Notes under the pieces: model-generated
Database searches by the model: none
What the model was told of the DNA's origin: nothing
What the model saw: the letters and a program-made list of their open reading frames with translations, nothing else
In this document: one piece after another, positions 13,183-26,190 of the stretch
Layout of the letters: every line of letters starts with the position of its first letter
Numbering within the stretch: the first letter of the stretch is position 1
DNA from: Octopus sinensis
Lineage: Eukaryota
Reading direction: 5' to 3'
Assembly (NCBI RefSeq): GCF_006345805.1
Contig: NC_042998.1
Location: 182,900,001 to 182,964,000, forward strand
DNA length: 64,000 nucleotides
Made by a program: the position numbers and the translations under genes

Positions 13183-13451
13183 TCATCATCATCATCATCA
13201 TTTAACACCCACATTTCCTTGCTTGCATGGGTCAAATGGAATTTGTTGAGGTAGAGCATCCTACAGTTGGATGCTCTTCCTGTCACTAAACCTCACTTGT
13301 TTCCAAACAATGTAATATTTCCCATGACCAGACATGCTTTTCTATGGAAGATTGGAAATGAACAACATTGCTTGTGTGATGTGGTGATGTTCATTTACAA
13401 TTATCATCACTTGATGTCAGGACAAGGACATACTTACACACACACTCATAA

Positions 13452-13485
<34 letters not shown>

Positions 13486-13640
13486 CAGGCTTCTTTCAGT
13501 TTCCATCTGCCAAATCTACCAAATTTGGTTGATCTGTGAGTTATAGTAGAAGACACTTGCCCAAGATGTCATGCAGTGGAACTGAACCTGATGCCACACG
13601 GTTGGGAAGCAAACTTCTCACCCATACAGTCACACCTGTG
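13183..13640 (-). mobile_element. SINE with family-B tRNA head and an alternative body/RTE-like tail
   Basis: Head at 13484-13640 matches family B; after a microsatellite the body ends with ggaaacaagtgagg..gacaggaagagcatcc..cccatgcaagcaagg..gttaaa(tga)n; similar bodies at ~7245-7460 (-) and ~53830-54080 (+). Confidence 0.6.
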
Positions 13641-13667
13641 CTTCACTATGCCAGCATCTCACTACAC

Positions 13668-13670
<3 letters not shown>

Positions 13671-13751
<81 letters not shown>

Positions 13752-13764
13752 ACACTCACACACA
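13671..13764. repeat. (CA)n microsatellite
   Basis: Direct reading. Confidence 0.97.
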
Positions 13765-14127
13765 TATATGACAGATATTAACCAGCATGTGGGCTATGGT
13801 AGAAGACACTTGCCTAAGGTGACACACAGGTACTGAACCTGGAGTAACTTGATTGCAAAGCTGTATCTTCACCTTACTCAAAAAAGAAAAAAAAGACTAC
13901 AAAGCAAATGAATAAAATAATCTGATATAATACATAATAATACTCATGGTTTTGAAGAAGACCTTACATGACCACTTGATTTGCTAGAAATTGTAGCAAC
14001 ATTTCTCTGAAACCACCCAAGACATACTGTATTGGAACTGTGATAAATACACCATACCATCAGTAAAACACTATAGAAATTAAGTAGGATATTAACTCCC
14101 ATCTCAACAGTCATACAAGGAAGGTAC

Positions 14128-14440
14128 TTGGCCCACTGGTTAGAGCATCGGGTTCACAATCATGAAGTAGTGAGTTCAATTCCTGGACTGGGCTGTGTGT
14201 TGTGTTCTTGAGAAAGACACTATTTCATGTTGCTCCAGTTCACTCAGCTGTAGAAATGAGTTGCAACATCACTGGTGTAAGCTGTATCAGCCTTTGCCTT
14301 TCCCTTGGTGGCATGGAGAGGGGAGGATAGTATGCATGGGTGACTGCTGGTCTTCCATAAACAACCTTGCCCAGACTTGAGCCTCAGAAGGGAACTTTTT
14401 AGGTGCAATCCCATGGTCATTCATGACGAACGGGGGTTTT
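14128..14440 (+). mobile_element. Older tRNA-SINE with a head related to family A
   Basis: tggcccactggttagagc...gagttcaattcctggactgggctgtgtgttgtgttcttgagaaagacac; related minus-strand copies at ~17220-17550 and ~49770-49990. Confidence 0.7.
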
Positions 14441-16059
14441 TACTCTTTTACCATGTATGAGTGCAGGGATGCCTGTGTTGTTAAAATGTTTACTTTACTA
14501 CTATGTGGTTCTGGGATTGATCCTATGTGTGATACCTTGGGTAGCTATGTCTTCTACTACAGCCTTGAATTGACCAATACCTTGTGAATGGAACTTCTTT
14601 GTCAGAAATAGGGCAGAAGCCTGTCAGATACAACCACATACACACATACATGTGTGTGTGTGTGCAACTTTCATTGGTGAATACTTGCAATGGGAAGAAA
14701 TGTAAGTAAGGACAGAAAAAGGCAGGGCTTTATGAATGAAGTCCCTTGAAGTGTTTGCATTGTATCAAGTCACAGATACTTCCTTATCACTCCACTGAAT
14801 GGCTCGTTAGAAAGTGTCTTCTGCTATAGCCCTAGAGCCATATGATTGGATTTGGCAAATGGAAACTGAAAGGAACCCATTGTAAAACATATTCTGTCTG
14901 ACCCAGGCATTAAAACAATGATGATATAAAATTAGAATAAATGGATAAATAAAATTCAATAAAATATCTCTTATCAAACTTGTTTCAAAAATCATCCATC
15001 CAAGCTACACAAAGATAGAAATACTAAATACAAGTTATACCCCAACTAATTACACCAGGACTACAACACTTTTGCTTCTATTAGATTCCCACACACCCAA
15101 AAAAAGGCAACTCAGGGTCCTATTCTTATCTTATATACATACTCAGAAACCCTAGAAATACTTGACTTTGATATTACTAACCCAAACAACCCTCTCTCTT
15201 TCACTTGTCTCTCTCTCTCTTTCAACATGCACTTGAACTACAATACTTATAAGTTTCCAGTATGTTTTTTTCTTTCCTCAAGCAATCTAAAGATTAAAGA
15301 TTTTTCTCCTACTACACACACACACATATACACATGCACACACAATGTGTGAGTGTGTGCATGCATCACAATTACATCATTGATTTGTTTTAATCACAAA
15401 CAGAATCTCTTCATTGATTACTTTTTAATCAATGATTGATTAAAAACTAAAAACATTTCAGGGCTTTAGAATTGATAATTGTTTTATTGAATTTATTGTT
15501 ATGAATTTCTTAAACTCTTCATTGTTTTTTTTTTTTATGATCACAGCTTCATAATAAAGCAGTTTTCATGCAATCACTCCATTACTCAGTTTAACATCTC
15601 ATTTTCATACTATTGCCAACTGCTGTTTATGACACATAAATTCTCCCACTATCTGCAATTTCTCCCTTGTCAAGCTGCTTTGTGTTTTTTTATATTACTT
15701 TTCAAATGCCTTTATATCTCAATACTTTATTGTTCATTGTTATTAATATCTGTATCAGCTGATATTTGAGATCAGTAAGTTTGATGGTGTCCTTGCATAA
15801 GAATATATCATATCGAATTAAACGTGGTTTTTTTTTCACATGCATCTAATGTCACTATATAAATTTTGTTGCCATTGTGCACAAACTATGTATTGTCAGG
15901 TAACTACTTAGAATATTGTTTAATTACTTTGGCTTCTCCATATCGCGGTGATTGGAGGGAATACTTAGATAACAAAATATTTTGTGGGTATTAGAAGACA
16001 AAATGGTGAATATGTTACTCCAAAGAATAGCAAGGGAAATGCACTGAAAGAGTAAAAGA

Positions 16060-17030
16060 CTGTTGCCCTCTGTGGTCTCCCCACACCAAACAAAAGCATT
16101 ATGAGAATAATCACTAAAAAGATAAAAAGCATGACTGATCTTAAGTATTGGGACCACTGTAAAACATTGAAACTTTATTCTCTCCAGTGGCACCATGAGT
16201 GCCACATCTTTTGCAGAATGTGGAGAATATACTACCAGCAGAGCATCTGTCTGGCTTCTGTACCAGTGACACGTAAAAAGCACCATTTGAGCATGATCGT
16301 TACCAGCGTCGCCTTACTGGCACGTAAACAAAACATTCAAGCGAAGTCATGGTCAGTGCCACTTGACTGACTCCTGTGCAGGTGGCACGTAAAAAACACC
16401 ATTTCGAGTGTAGCCATTGCCAGTACCGCCAGATTGGCCCTCGTGCCAGTGGCACGTAAAACACCCACTACACTCTCGGAGTGGTTGGTGTTAGGAAGGG
16501 CATCTAGCTGTAGAAACTCTGCTAGATCAAGATTGGAGCCTGGCGCAGCCATCTGGCTCGCCAGTCCTCAGTCAAATCATCCAACCCATGCCAGCATGGA
16601 AAGCGGATGTTAAATGATGATGATGATGAATATGATGATGATGACGATGATTTCCCAAATGACCTTAACATTAGATTCAGAATTCATCCCAGGCTGGGGC
16701 CATGTGCCATACATCCCCTACACAATTCAGGCCCACAACACATAAATTCACTGTAATACAATTTATTTTCCTCAATGAGTATTGCTCTATTTAACTTTAT
16801 CCCAAAATAAATCAAAGAAAAAAAAGATCCCATCACCTTCAAATGAAACCGGGACAAATTTTTGAAGGAATATCAGGTAAGCCACCTATACCCAGATACC
16901 TCTCAGTTAACAATGCCCTAATTGATACCACAAAACTCGACTTAAAATGACTTAACATATCTTACCAGTTGGTACTATTTAGATGTAGCCTGGGCCAATC
17001 TCTGGCTGAAGCATAACTAAGCTATTTTAT
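16060..17030 (+). mobile_element. Degenerate CR1-group LINE 3' part, interrupted by a family C insertion
   Basis: CCPLWSPH..ITKKIKSMTDLKYWD..TLKLYSLQ..MWRIY before 16245; continues PNDLNIRFRIHPRLGP..LFN.IPK..FK..DKFL after 16650. Confidence 0.65.
16250..16650 (+). mobile_element. RTE-clade LINE 3' UTR fragment (family C)
   Basis: Four ggcacgtaaaa core units, family C terminus and (gat)n tail. Confidence 0.8.
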
Positions 17031-18377
17031 CTTGCAATGCTCATTTCTACAGATGATCATCTTTAACTCAAACTGTCAAGGTCATCAACCTTTTCATCTG
17101 TTTATGCTCAAAAAGAAACCTATCAGAGGCCAGTCAGTTCTTTGTTCGTTTTATAATCCATAGCTCCAGCACTTAGGCAACATGGATAGTTATGTGAAAT
17201 AAAATTTAAAAAACAGTAAAAGACCCCACTTTAGTCATTAATGACCATAGGATTGCATTTAGAAAGTTCCCTTCTAAGGAACAAGTTCAGGCAAGGTTAT
17301 TTTGTGGAAGACCAGCAGCTGCCCATGAATACCAGTTTCCCCTTTCTATACCACTGATGTTGTCCAAGGGAAATGCAAAGGCTGGTACAGTTTGGCACTT
17401 GTGACGTTACAACTCATTTCTATGGCTGAGTAAATTATAGCAGTGTAAAATAAAGTGTTTTGCTCAAGAACACAGCACACAGCCTGGTCCAGGAATCGAA
17501 CTCACAACTTTGAAATTGTAAGCCTGACACTCTAGCTATTGAGCCAGGCTAGCAACCAAAAATGTACACTGTAGACTCGTAACAGCATTTATGTCACTTG
17601 TATATCTGAAGTCCAACCTTGAGTGAAACAAAAATTCTGAGACAGTCATTATTCAGCTGGGTACCAGTGAACATTGAGGGTACAGTGTTTAACCATGTGC
17701 CATTGTGGGGATGGGAGGTGAAGCTGAAATATGCCAGTTGATGCTCATCAAGCAAATGTACAAGGCTGTGTGAGATTTTATAGCACTGGATGGGTCTCCA
17801 TTTATGTTAAATTAATGAATCATCCAGACATGATTAATGTGATGTTGCTTCTAGATTTCATAGGCACTCTCATGTGTCCTGATTGGAACAAGTTCTGTGA
17901 TGTTTTAGAGAGCCTCATTAATGAGGAAGGGACAAGAAGCCAGTGACAGTGCTAACTTAACAAGAGACTGAAGACCAAAACTGCTGTATCAAAATAGGAA
18001 GGGTAGGCGGTTGCCATTTAGTGTTGTCAAACCAGATGTTGCATATCCTTAACACTATACCAAATAGAATTTTCTATCTTGGTACAGCAGGACATCTGAT
18101 TGTAATACAGGATGCTGTGATAGGTATTCAGTAGTTTTGGCAAAGCAGAAAAATTGAAGAACCCTGAATGAAAACTTCGGGTTTCCTTTCTTTTTTTTTT
18201 TTTGTATCCCGTGTATTGTATATTCCTAAGCATAGCATCAAAAATCGTGTCATTTCTGACTTCACATATAGATAAGTTTATCTAAAATCTAACTCTCAAC
18301 AAGGCAGGGACTGCTGTGAGTAGAGGTGGTAGTAGGTAACATCACCAGGTTTTCCTACTGTCACATTGACTATATTA

Positions 18378-18762
18378 GTGGAGGCGCAATGGCCCAGTGG
18401 TTAGGGCAGCGGACTCACGGTCGTAGGATCACAGTTTCGATTCCCAGACCGGGCGTTGTGAGTGTTTATTGAGCGAAAACACCTAAAGCTCCACGAGGCT
18501 CCGGCAGGGGATAGTGGTGATCCCTGCTGTACTCTTTCACCACAACTTTCTCTCACTCTTACTTCCTATTTCTGTTGTACCTGTATTTCAAAGGGCCGGC
18601 CTTGTCACTCTCTGTGTCACACTAATATCCCCGAAAACTACGTTAAGGGTACATGTGTCTGTGGAGTGCTCAGCCACTTACACGTTAATTTCACGAGCAG
18701 GCTGTTCCGTTGGTCGGATCAACCGGAACCCTTATCGTCGTAACCGACGGAGTGCTTCGATC
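18378..18762 (+). mobile_element. tRNA-derived SINE family A, full length, with a 14-bp TSD
   Basis: A box tggcccagtgg, B box gtttcgattcc; TSD cattgactatatta at 18364-18377 and 18763-18776. Confidence 0.93.
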
Positions 18763-20329
18763 CATTGACTATATTATATTGTCATCTTTTATTGTGTAAA
18801 AATAAATAATGAAAGTCAAACCTATTTCCACATCCATCAGTTTTTCCATTGAATTTTGCATTAAAACCTATTTTCAGGAACCATTGTTTTCTGCTTTTCT
18901 TTTTCTGTTTTTGTTTTTTTTTAATTTCCATTTATTTTTTAATTATTGTAGTTCTGTTTTTCAATAATAGAATAGGTGGTATAGTTCTGCTAATTCAAGT
19001 ATTTATATGAATTCCTGAAGCCTGTATTGTATCACTCTATACATGAATGCTAACAATTTAATAAGAATGTGTAAGCATTGCTTAGTTTTCAGCTAAATTG
19101 ACTCGTTATAAATACAGCTTCAGTCCTGTAGATGTGAGATATTATTATCAGTAATGTGAGGTGGGTGCTACTAACTACAGAAGTAACTTAACTATCAATC
19201 TATCTCTTCAGTTATACGTACTCTAGGTCAGTGTTTCTGATGGGAAGTGGCTTCTATGAGGATTGAAAAGGTAGCAGACAAATTCCTGTGTTTTTGTATA
19301 TTGTACATTCAGCATTTTAAATTTGTCCAATGCCATAGGGAAAAAAGAACTATTTTGATGTGAATTTTTTTTTCCTTTTATTAATAAAGAGGTGGGAGGG
19401 AACAATAAAAAAAAAGTTCCACTAAATTAGTGATGGGAAAGGGGCCAGCCAGAACCACTGGTCTAGTTGAGATAATGTCACCATTTCTCATAATGTCACA
19501 CTGAATCCATTTCTATAGTTACAATTCAGAGCAAAGCTGAAATATATTGCTTGCTGAAGTCAAAATGTCAAGTCCAGATTGTTTTCTTAGATCAGAAGAC
19601 ATCAATAAATATTTTTCATTGCCAAATATTTCTGAGTGATTGAATTCCTTTAACATAGTTTATGCTGATATACTGGGCTTAAATACATTTTAATAGAGCC
19701 TATCTTGAATGGTATATCTCCTTCAATCATTGGTGCCTTGAACACATCCATAAAAAAGCCAGTTACGTGTTCAACTCTTGACTCACCAGCAGTTGATGTC
19801 TTCATTCTGTTCAAAGAAAATAATTTATCCATTAAATAATTTTTCTAACTTCTTCAAAGTCTCTCTATTTATTTATTTATTTATTCATTTATTCATTATT
19901 TTTTTTGCTCAGATTATGCAAAATCTATAAAACTACTGTATATAGGATAAATATTCTTCAAAGAATACTACAGTCATATTGACTGTTTGAGGAATAACAA
20001 AATATTATCACAATATTAAAATAATTGGATAAAACCAGAAATGAAAAGATAAAAGAAGTTTTTTTTCAAAAAGAGACCAATACTGACAAGAAAGCAATAT
20101 TTTTCTTCCAGTAAGAAAATTATTAGTGGAAATGACCAAATGTAATATAAATACTTTTTAATTACACCTACCCTTGCACCCAACAGTTCAGATATACAAT
20201 CCATTAGATATACACTACACATTAGAAGCATTTTACATCATTGGTCAAAAATATTGCAAAGAAAGTAACTTCTTTGTTTTTGGTGTCCCACTTCTTCCCA
20301 AAGACTGCCTTTCAGGACTGATAACTTCT

Positions 20330-20800
20330 ATGTATGCTCAACATGCTTTTTGACAATACCTTCAGTAGAGCAATGTTGAGGCATGCGTCCACCACTCTTG
20401 TGCAGTTATGCCTTTGACTTACCTCCTCAGCATGTCGAATGCAGGCAGCTTCATAACCTTTGACTTCTTTATAACTAGTTGATCACTTATCGCTGTCCAT
20501 TATTGACTCTTCTCATTTTCCTTTATTGAGATACAACTCTTTCGAGATAGTTTTAAATTGGCCCTTAAACCACAGCTTTCAAATGTCTTGAGCTCCTGCC
20601 ATCAGTTAAGTTCTCTATACAACACTTTCTTGGGGATTCTGAAGTCATCCATTCATGTAACACGCCCTACCCATCTGAGTCATCTGGATCTAAGTATGGA
20701 GTAGAGTGATGGGACATCTGCTCTTCACAGTACTTCTGTGTTAGGAATCTTTCCTTGCCATCATATGCTGAGATTCTCCCTCAGACATTCCATACAGAGC
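20330..20800 (-). mobile_element. Degenerate RTE-clade LINE C-terminal remnant
   Basis: Minus-strand translation CLRENLSI*WQGKIPNTEVL*RADVPSLYSILRSR*LRWVGRVT*MDDFRIPKKVLY matches the RTE W.D.I.N.EVL...LRW.GHV.RM...RIPK.LLY motif. Confidence 0.75.
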
Positions 20801-20874
20801 TAAAATATTGACAAGCTGTCAATTTATTGTAAATACCAATTTAAATAGATTTAGCTAAAATGACACTAGGCACT

Positions 20875-20892
20875 TCTCTCTCTCTCTCTCTC

Positions 20893-20977
<85 letters not shown>
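20875..20977. repeat. (CT)n microsatellite, 5' flank of the LINE
   Basis: Direct reading; the tract resumes at 26409-26450. Confidence 0.97.
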
Positions 20978-21138
20978 GATCGGTCGTGTTATTCTTTGCT
21001 CCGCAGTGAAAGATTGTTTTTGTGCTGAAAAGTTTGAAAATTTGCTGTTTTGGTCGTCGAGGCCACTTCTTTTCTGCTGTTGCAGCAGAGCTTTGCTGTT
21101 CTTTCCCCCTTGTTTCAAGGGGGAAGTGACGAAAAGAC

Positions 21139-22753
21139 ATGAATTTGCAACCAGTCTCCTCCGAGTCGGAGGAAAACGTTGAAAATTTGTTTGAAGGCAT
21201 GAAGGCGAAAATGCGGGAGGAGGAAGGTAGAAGTAAAGAGACGTCTCACGCGAGCGTCACAAAAGCAGACGACAATATGTCTGGCGAAGTTAGTAAACGA
21301 CAAGAAAAGGCAAAAATAAATTTTGCGAGTGCAGCAACTCGCCCCTGTGAAAATATAGTCATCAACAAGGAAGAATAAAGAAATACCAAGGACTACTAAA
21401 AAAAGAAGGTGATAATGTGAAGTTGTTCCCTCCCAGTGAATTGATTTACGCGACGGAGAGAAAAACTGTCATATACAAGACGTATAATGTCAAAAATAAG
21501 AAAATTGACTTCGTACAGAGAGAAGCCATTGAAAAATGTTTAAGGCCGATATGGCAACAAACTACATTTATAACAAGGGGTAGTCGCTTCGGCACAGTAG
21601 AGGTGCGTTTCCCTAGCGAAGAAATAGCTAGGGAACATTCAACAAGAACGTTGAAGTCGGAAGAGGTAGTTCTTTTACCATTTTATTTAGGAATGAGAAC
21701 TAGTAGAATAACGGTTACGGACATTCCGCCCGAAATAGATGTGGACTTCATAACAGCAGCGATTCTCTTAGGCAAAGAGGAAGAAATTGCCATTCTTCAG
21801 TCTAAAAGATATCGCCCCACAACCTGGTATGGACAGGACTTAGAGCTTGTGATCCAAGCGAACCTCTCGGACTTGGAAAAATTGCCAAGCACCCTCACCA
21901 TTGGAGATACCACCTTGATGGTAATAGTCGAGGGAAGAAAACCGAGATGCTATAAATGTGGCGAGAAAGGCCACATACGGTCGAGCTGCAAGAAGACAGC
22001 GAAAGAAAATACTACAGAGGCAAGCACGATGCCGAAAACAACTTCACCGCTAGAAATAGCAGCCACGTCGCGCACCCCAATTGCCGAAATTCAGCCGACA
22101 ACGGGAGAAAACAACGACAACAACGATGACAACATCAACAACATCCAGGAGTGGGTCAACGTGGAAGCTTCAAAAAGAAGACGGAAACGGAAAAATCCAC
22201 CTTCTTCGGATACACAGGACTATACTCTGACACAGACAAGCACACCCACACCCACAAATACAGTCGCAAACACACACGTAGCCAAAAAAACACACACACT
22301 GGAAAAAGCACACACAAACACTCACACACCTACCACAAGCACGCACACACCTACAAACACCCACGCTTCTACAAGCACACACACACCCACAAACACACAC
22401 ACACACAGCCCCCTCCACAATCACCTAACAAAAAAAAAAGAAACACCTTCACGGCGATAAATAAAAACAATAACCCATTAAGGGAAAAAATTAATTTACT
22501 GAAATCGGCGAAAAAATATATCGCAACAGATATAAATAGTATTATATCCGAAAATGTAGAATTTTATACGATAGATAACGAGGATTATTTTGAAATTAAA
22601 AAATCTTTTGCGGAGGACGTAGGCCCGTTACAGATGAACTTTTCAAGCCATCTGTACAAGCAATTCGCAAAAAAACTGACCTCGCAAAACACAACACTCA
22701 CAGACAGAAAAGATGAGGGTGAATCTACACCCTCTCTTCTGTTAAAACAGTAA
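21139..22753 (+). pseudogene. ORF1 (gag-like nucleic-acid-binding protein) broken by two frameshifts
   Basis: ATG at 21139; frameshift near 21375; main part 21375-22400 has an RRM-like segment, CYKCGEKGHIRSSC (Cx2Cx4Hx4C), KRRRKRK and a T/H-rich tract; second shift near 22390-22440 into the frame ending at 22753. Confidence 0.8.
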
Positions 22754-22772
22754 GTTTTAAACATTCAACTAA

Positions 22773-25700
22773 ATTTTCACATTCTCGTTTAAACTCGGTT
22801 GTATAAATATTCGCGGCCTGGGGTCGTATTGGAAGCAAGGCTACCTCCTTAACGACCTTAGGTCGCATCGTTTGGATGTAGTGGTAATTACCGAATCCAG
22901 ACTGAGTGGGCTGCAGGCTTTTTCGCCCCTTCTAAACGGCTACGAGAAATACATTTCTCCCTGTCGACCTGGAGGGGGAGGAGGAGTGGCAGTGCTGGTC
23001 AGGAAAAACCTAGATTTAGAGATTAGAACTGTCTTTATAGATCCGGAAGGCAGGTTGGTCGTTTTGGATGTGACGCACAGCAGTGGTAAAGTGTTCAGGC
23101 TGGTCGCTGTCTATGCTCCCTGCGAAGGAAAAGCCGGGCAGAAAGAGTATTTCAAAAGCCTAGAGAATTTTCTTGGCACGTCGAACACGTTAGTATTGCT
23201 AGGTGACTTCAACATAATTTGCGATGCAAGCGTAGATTATGTTGGCTCAAGAAAGAATACGAGGGGATTACCTCACCTCAACGATATGCTAAGTCGTTTC
23301 GAATTGGCAGATAGATTCAGACTGGACCATCCAGACATTCCAGAGTGGACCTGGGCAAGAAACGACGGGTCGTCCAGATCTTATATCGATAGAATCATAA
23401 CTAGAAGGAAAGATAAGAAAATACTTAGCTGTCCACAACACCATATCGTCAGCTACAGCGATCACAAATTAGTGACCTGTACGTTCGACATAGATAGCAT
23501 GTGTAGACGAGGTACCGGCTACTGGAAGCTAAACAAGTCACTATTGGACTGTGAAGCCTACAGGAATCGGATTAAACAATTAGTAATGAGGGCGTTAACC
23601 GGATCCATTATCAACAATAAATGGTGGTACGCCCTGAAAAGAGCCATCAAATTTGAGTCAATTAGGTTTAGCAAAGAACTAGCTAGTGCTAGAAACAAAG
23701 TAGAAAAGGAACTAGTTAAGGCTATAGAGGAGGCAATGAGGTCAGGCTGTGCATCGAAAGTGTTAGCGGCGAGGTTAGCACTAGACCAACATCTCCAAGC
23801 TAAACATGAAGGGTGCATTATTAGGGCTAAGATCCGTGCAATGAGACAGGAAGGGATCAACGCAGCCGGATGGGCCCGGTCGGTAGAGGGCCAGCGTGGC
23901 AACAACTCAACCATTCGATCCTTGACGGGCCCAAATGGTCGATTAGTAAACGAACCCGAGGAGATGTGCAAGGTGTTTCATGATCATTTCGCCCAGCTAT
24001 TCGGGAGGAGCGGCGAGCTGGAGCGCGGGGAGAAGCTCGCAGACTTCCTAGCCGGTTCGCCGCGTCTATCGGGGCCGGACGCGGAATCTTGTGAGGCGCC
24101 GATCACAGCCAAAGAAGTCAAGGATATGTTGGCAGAATGCAGCGGGGACAAATCGCCGGGACTCGATGGTCTGCCTTACGAACTCTATAGTAGCATGCCA
24201 GACTTGTTTGGGCACCTACTTGCATGCGTGTACACCAACTGGCAGCAGAACGGGAGAATTCTTAAGTCTGTGAGCTGAGGGGTGGTAGCGTTGTTAAGAA
24301 AGGACCCAAACAAGGGGGATTTAATTGATAATTTCCGGCCTATCACTCTGCTTAACGCAGAGTTGAAGATCTTGGCCAAGGTCTTAGCAAAAAGGTTGGC
24401 GAGGGTCGTGGGTGAACTTGTTGGCGAGGTGCAAAACTTGCGCCATCCCTGGAAGGACCATCCACGACAATCTCCACTTTCTACGCTATGCCTTAGAAAG
24501 GGTAAATAGGATTCCTGGCAAGGGTGGGGCTATGGTCCACTTGGACCAATCGAAAGCGTTTGATAGGGTGGACCATCAGTATCTGGCGGCGGTCCTCGCG
24601 GCGGCTGGCTTCGGCCCGACCTTCCGCGGATGGATCATCGCTTTATACAGCAACATCGAATCGGTAGTTCGTGTAAATGGTTTCCTTTCGGAGCCGTTCA
24701 GCATTGAACGTTCGGTACGTCAAGGGTGTCCTCTCTCCCCGCTTCTCTACGTTTTGGCCCTCGAGCCGTTGCTGAGGAGGTTGGAAACTATGAGAGGTAC
24801 CCCGCAAGATCTAGGGTGCGGAAAGTCAGCTTCGGCGTATGCGGACGACATCACCGTCATCGTTTCCCGAGTTGAGCACCTACAGTGGGTGTGTGAGGCC
24901 TTAATGGACTACAAAGCGGTGGCAGGAGCGAAAGTCAACCGGGATAAATCGGTCGGCTTGCAACTCGGCACCTGGAGGGGCAAGTCGATGTCTTCCGACA
25001 GCGTCATAGGACGTTGGACGGAAGGACCGGTGAAAATGCTTGGGATCTGGTTAGGTCCAGATCTCCAGATAGAGAAGAATTGGAGCGAGGTGGCGAGAAA
25101 GGTGGCTCTCCTAACTCAGACATGGTCTGAACGGAATCTGTCCTTGAAAGGGAAGGCGGAGGTTGCAGAAGTGTTTATCGCCTCTGTAATCACTTACCGC
25201 CTAACCGTAGTGCCTTGCCCCGATTCGTGGCTGAACAAACTGGAACGCATGCTCTTTCGCTTTTTGTGGAGGGGCAGCAGACCTCTTGTAAGGCGCTCTA
25301 TTTGCTGCCAAAAGCCGCTGAACGGTGGGTTAGGGATGCCGTGGCTAAAAATGCGCAGACATGCGCTCAGGCTTAGGCACCTCTGGATTTACCTGGACGG
25401 TGAGCAGGTGTGGTCTCCGTTTGTCAAGCTGTTATTTCCACAGTTCACATCGTTTAACGAACTGAACCCATGGATCAAGTGTAGACCGAGGTTGGGCATG
25501 TGGCATGCAGAGTGCTATCAGGCACTCGTGCTTCTCTCCCAGTCGGGCAACGCCGGTGGCGGGGCTACTACCGCATTCTTCTATAGAGGGTTAGTAGAGT
25601 TTAAGTGTGACGACGTCCTAGGAGAAACTCTGGGCTTCGACGAAAATCAACTGGCCAGCCTGTTCCAAAGAACATTCGGTCCGGGGCCTATGGATAATTA

Positions 25701-26190
25701 CCAAAAGTCCCTGGCCTGGCAATGTTACAGAGGAGCTTTACCGGTTCGAGATAAGCTCTTTAGACATGGGTGTGCACCTTCGCCGGTTTGTGCAAGATGT
25801 AAGAGGGACAGTGAAACTGTCCTGCACGCGATTGTGCAATGCCCCAAGGTGACTGAACTCTGGACTTATGTCGAACACCTGCTGTCGCATTCGAGAAGAG
25901 TACAACTGTCGAGCGAATCTGTAATTAAGATAGTTCCGCCGACCTTCCTGAATAGGGAGGAGCGAGCCTGTTTTCTTTCGGTAGTTGCTATGGCGAAAGA
26001 AGTAGTGTGGAAGACGAGAGTAAAAGGAATTGCAACAGGCATGTTTATCTCCAGTCTCGAGCTAATCGACTTTTTCGTTTTCCACATGAAACGGAAAATA
26101 AGGCTGGAGAAGAAATGCCTGTCGCAAAGTGTGTTTCGTAAAAGATGGAAGTCTATAGCAAGTATGTTGCGAGTGAAAGAACCTATTTAA
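22773..26190 (+). pseudogene. ORF2: AP endonuclease, reverse transcriptase and C-terminal Zn-binding domain; one nonsense codon and one frameshift
   Basis: APE motifs INIRGL, ITES, VYAP, GDFN, IDRI, SDH; WKLN; SPGLDG; RPITLLN; DQSKAFDRVDH; QGCPLSP; YADD; GGLG; CARC..ETVLHAIVQCP. TGA at 24276-24278; +1 shift near 24433-24437. Confidence 0.93.

Noticed and set aside
18380-18455. tRNA gene
   Set aside because: The A/B boxes are the head of a SINE with a 300-bp body and TSD; no complete cloverleaf
19650-19832. Minus-strand ORF after a good acceptor (ttttctttgaacag) with an internal gctg|gtgagt donor
   Set aside because: No recognisable domain and no partner exons; such signals arise by chance in AT-rich DNA
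22750-22755. GTAAGT splice donor fusing ORF1 to ORF2
   Set aside because: The next AG acceptor lies downstream of the essential INIRGL motif
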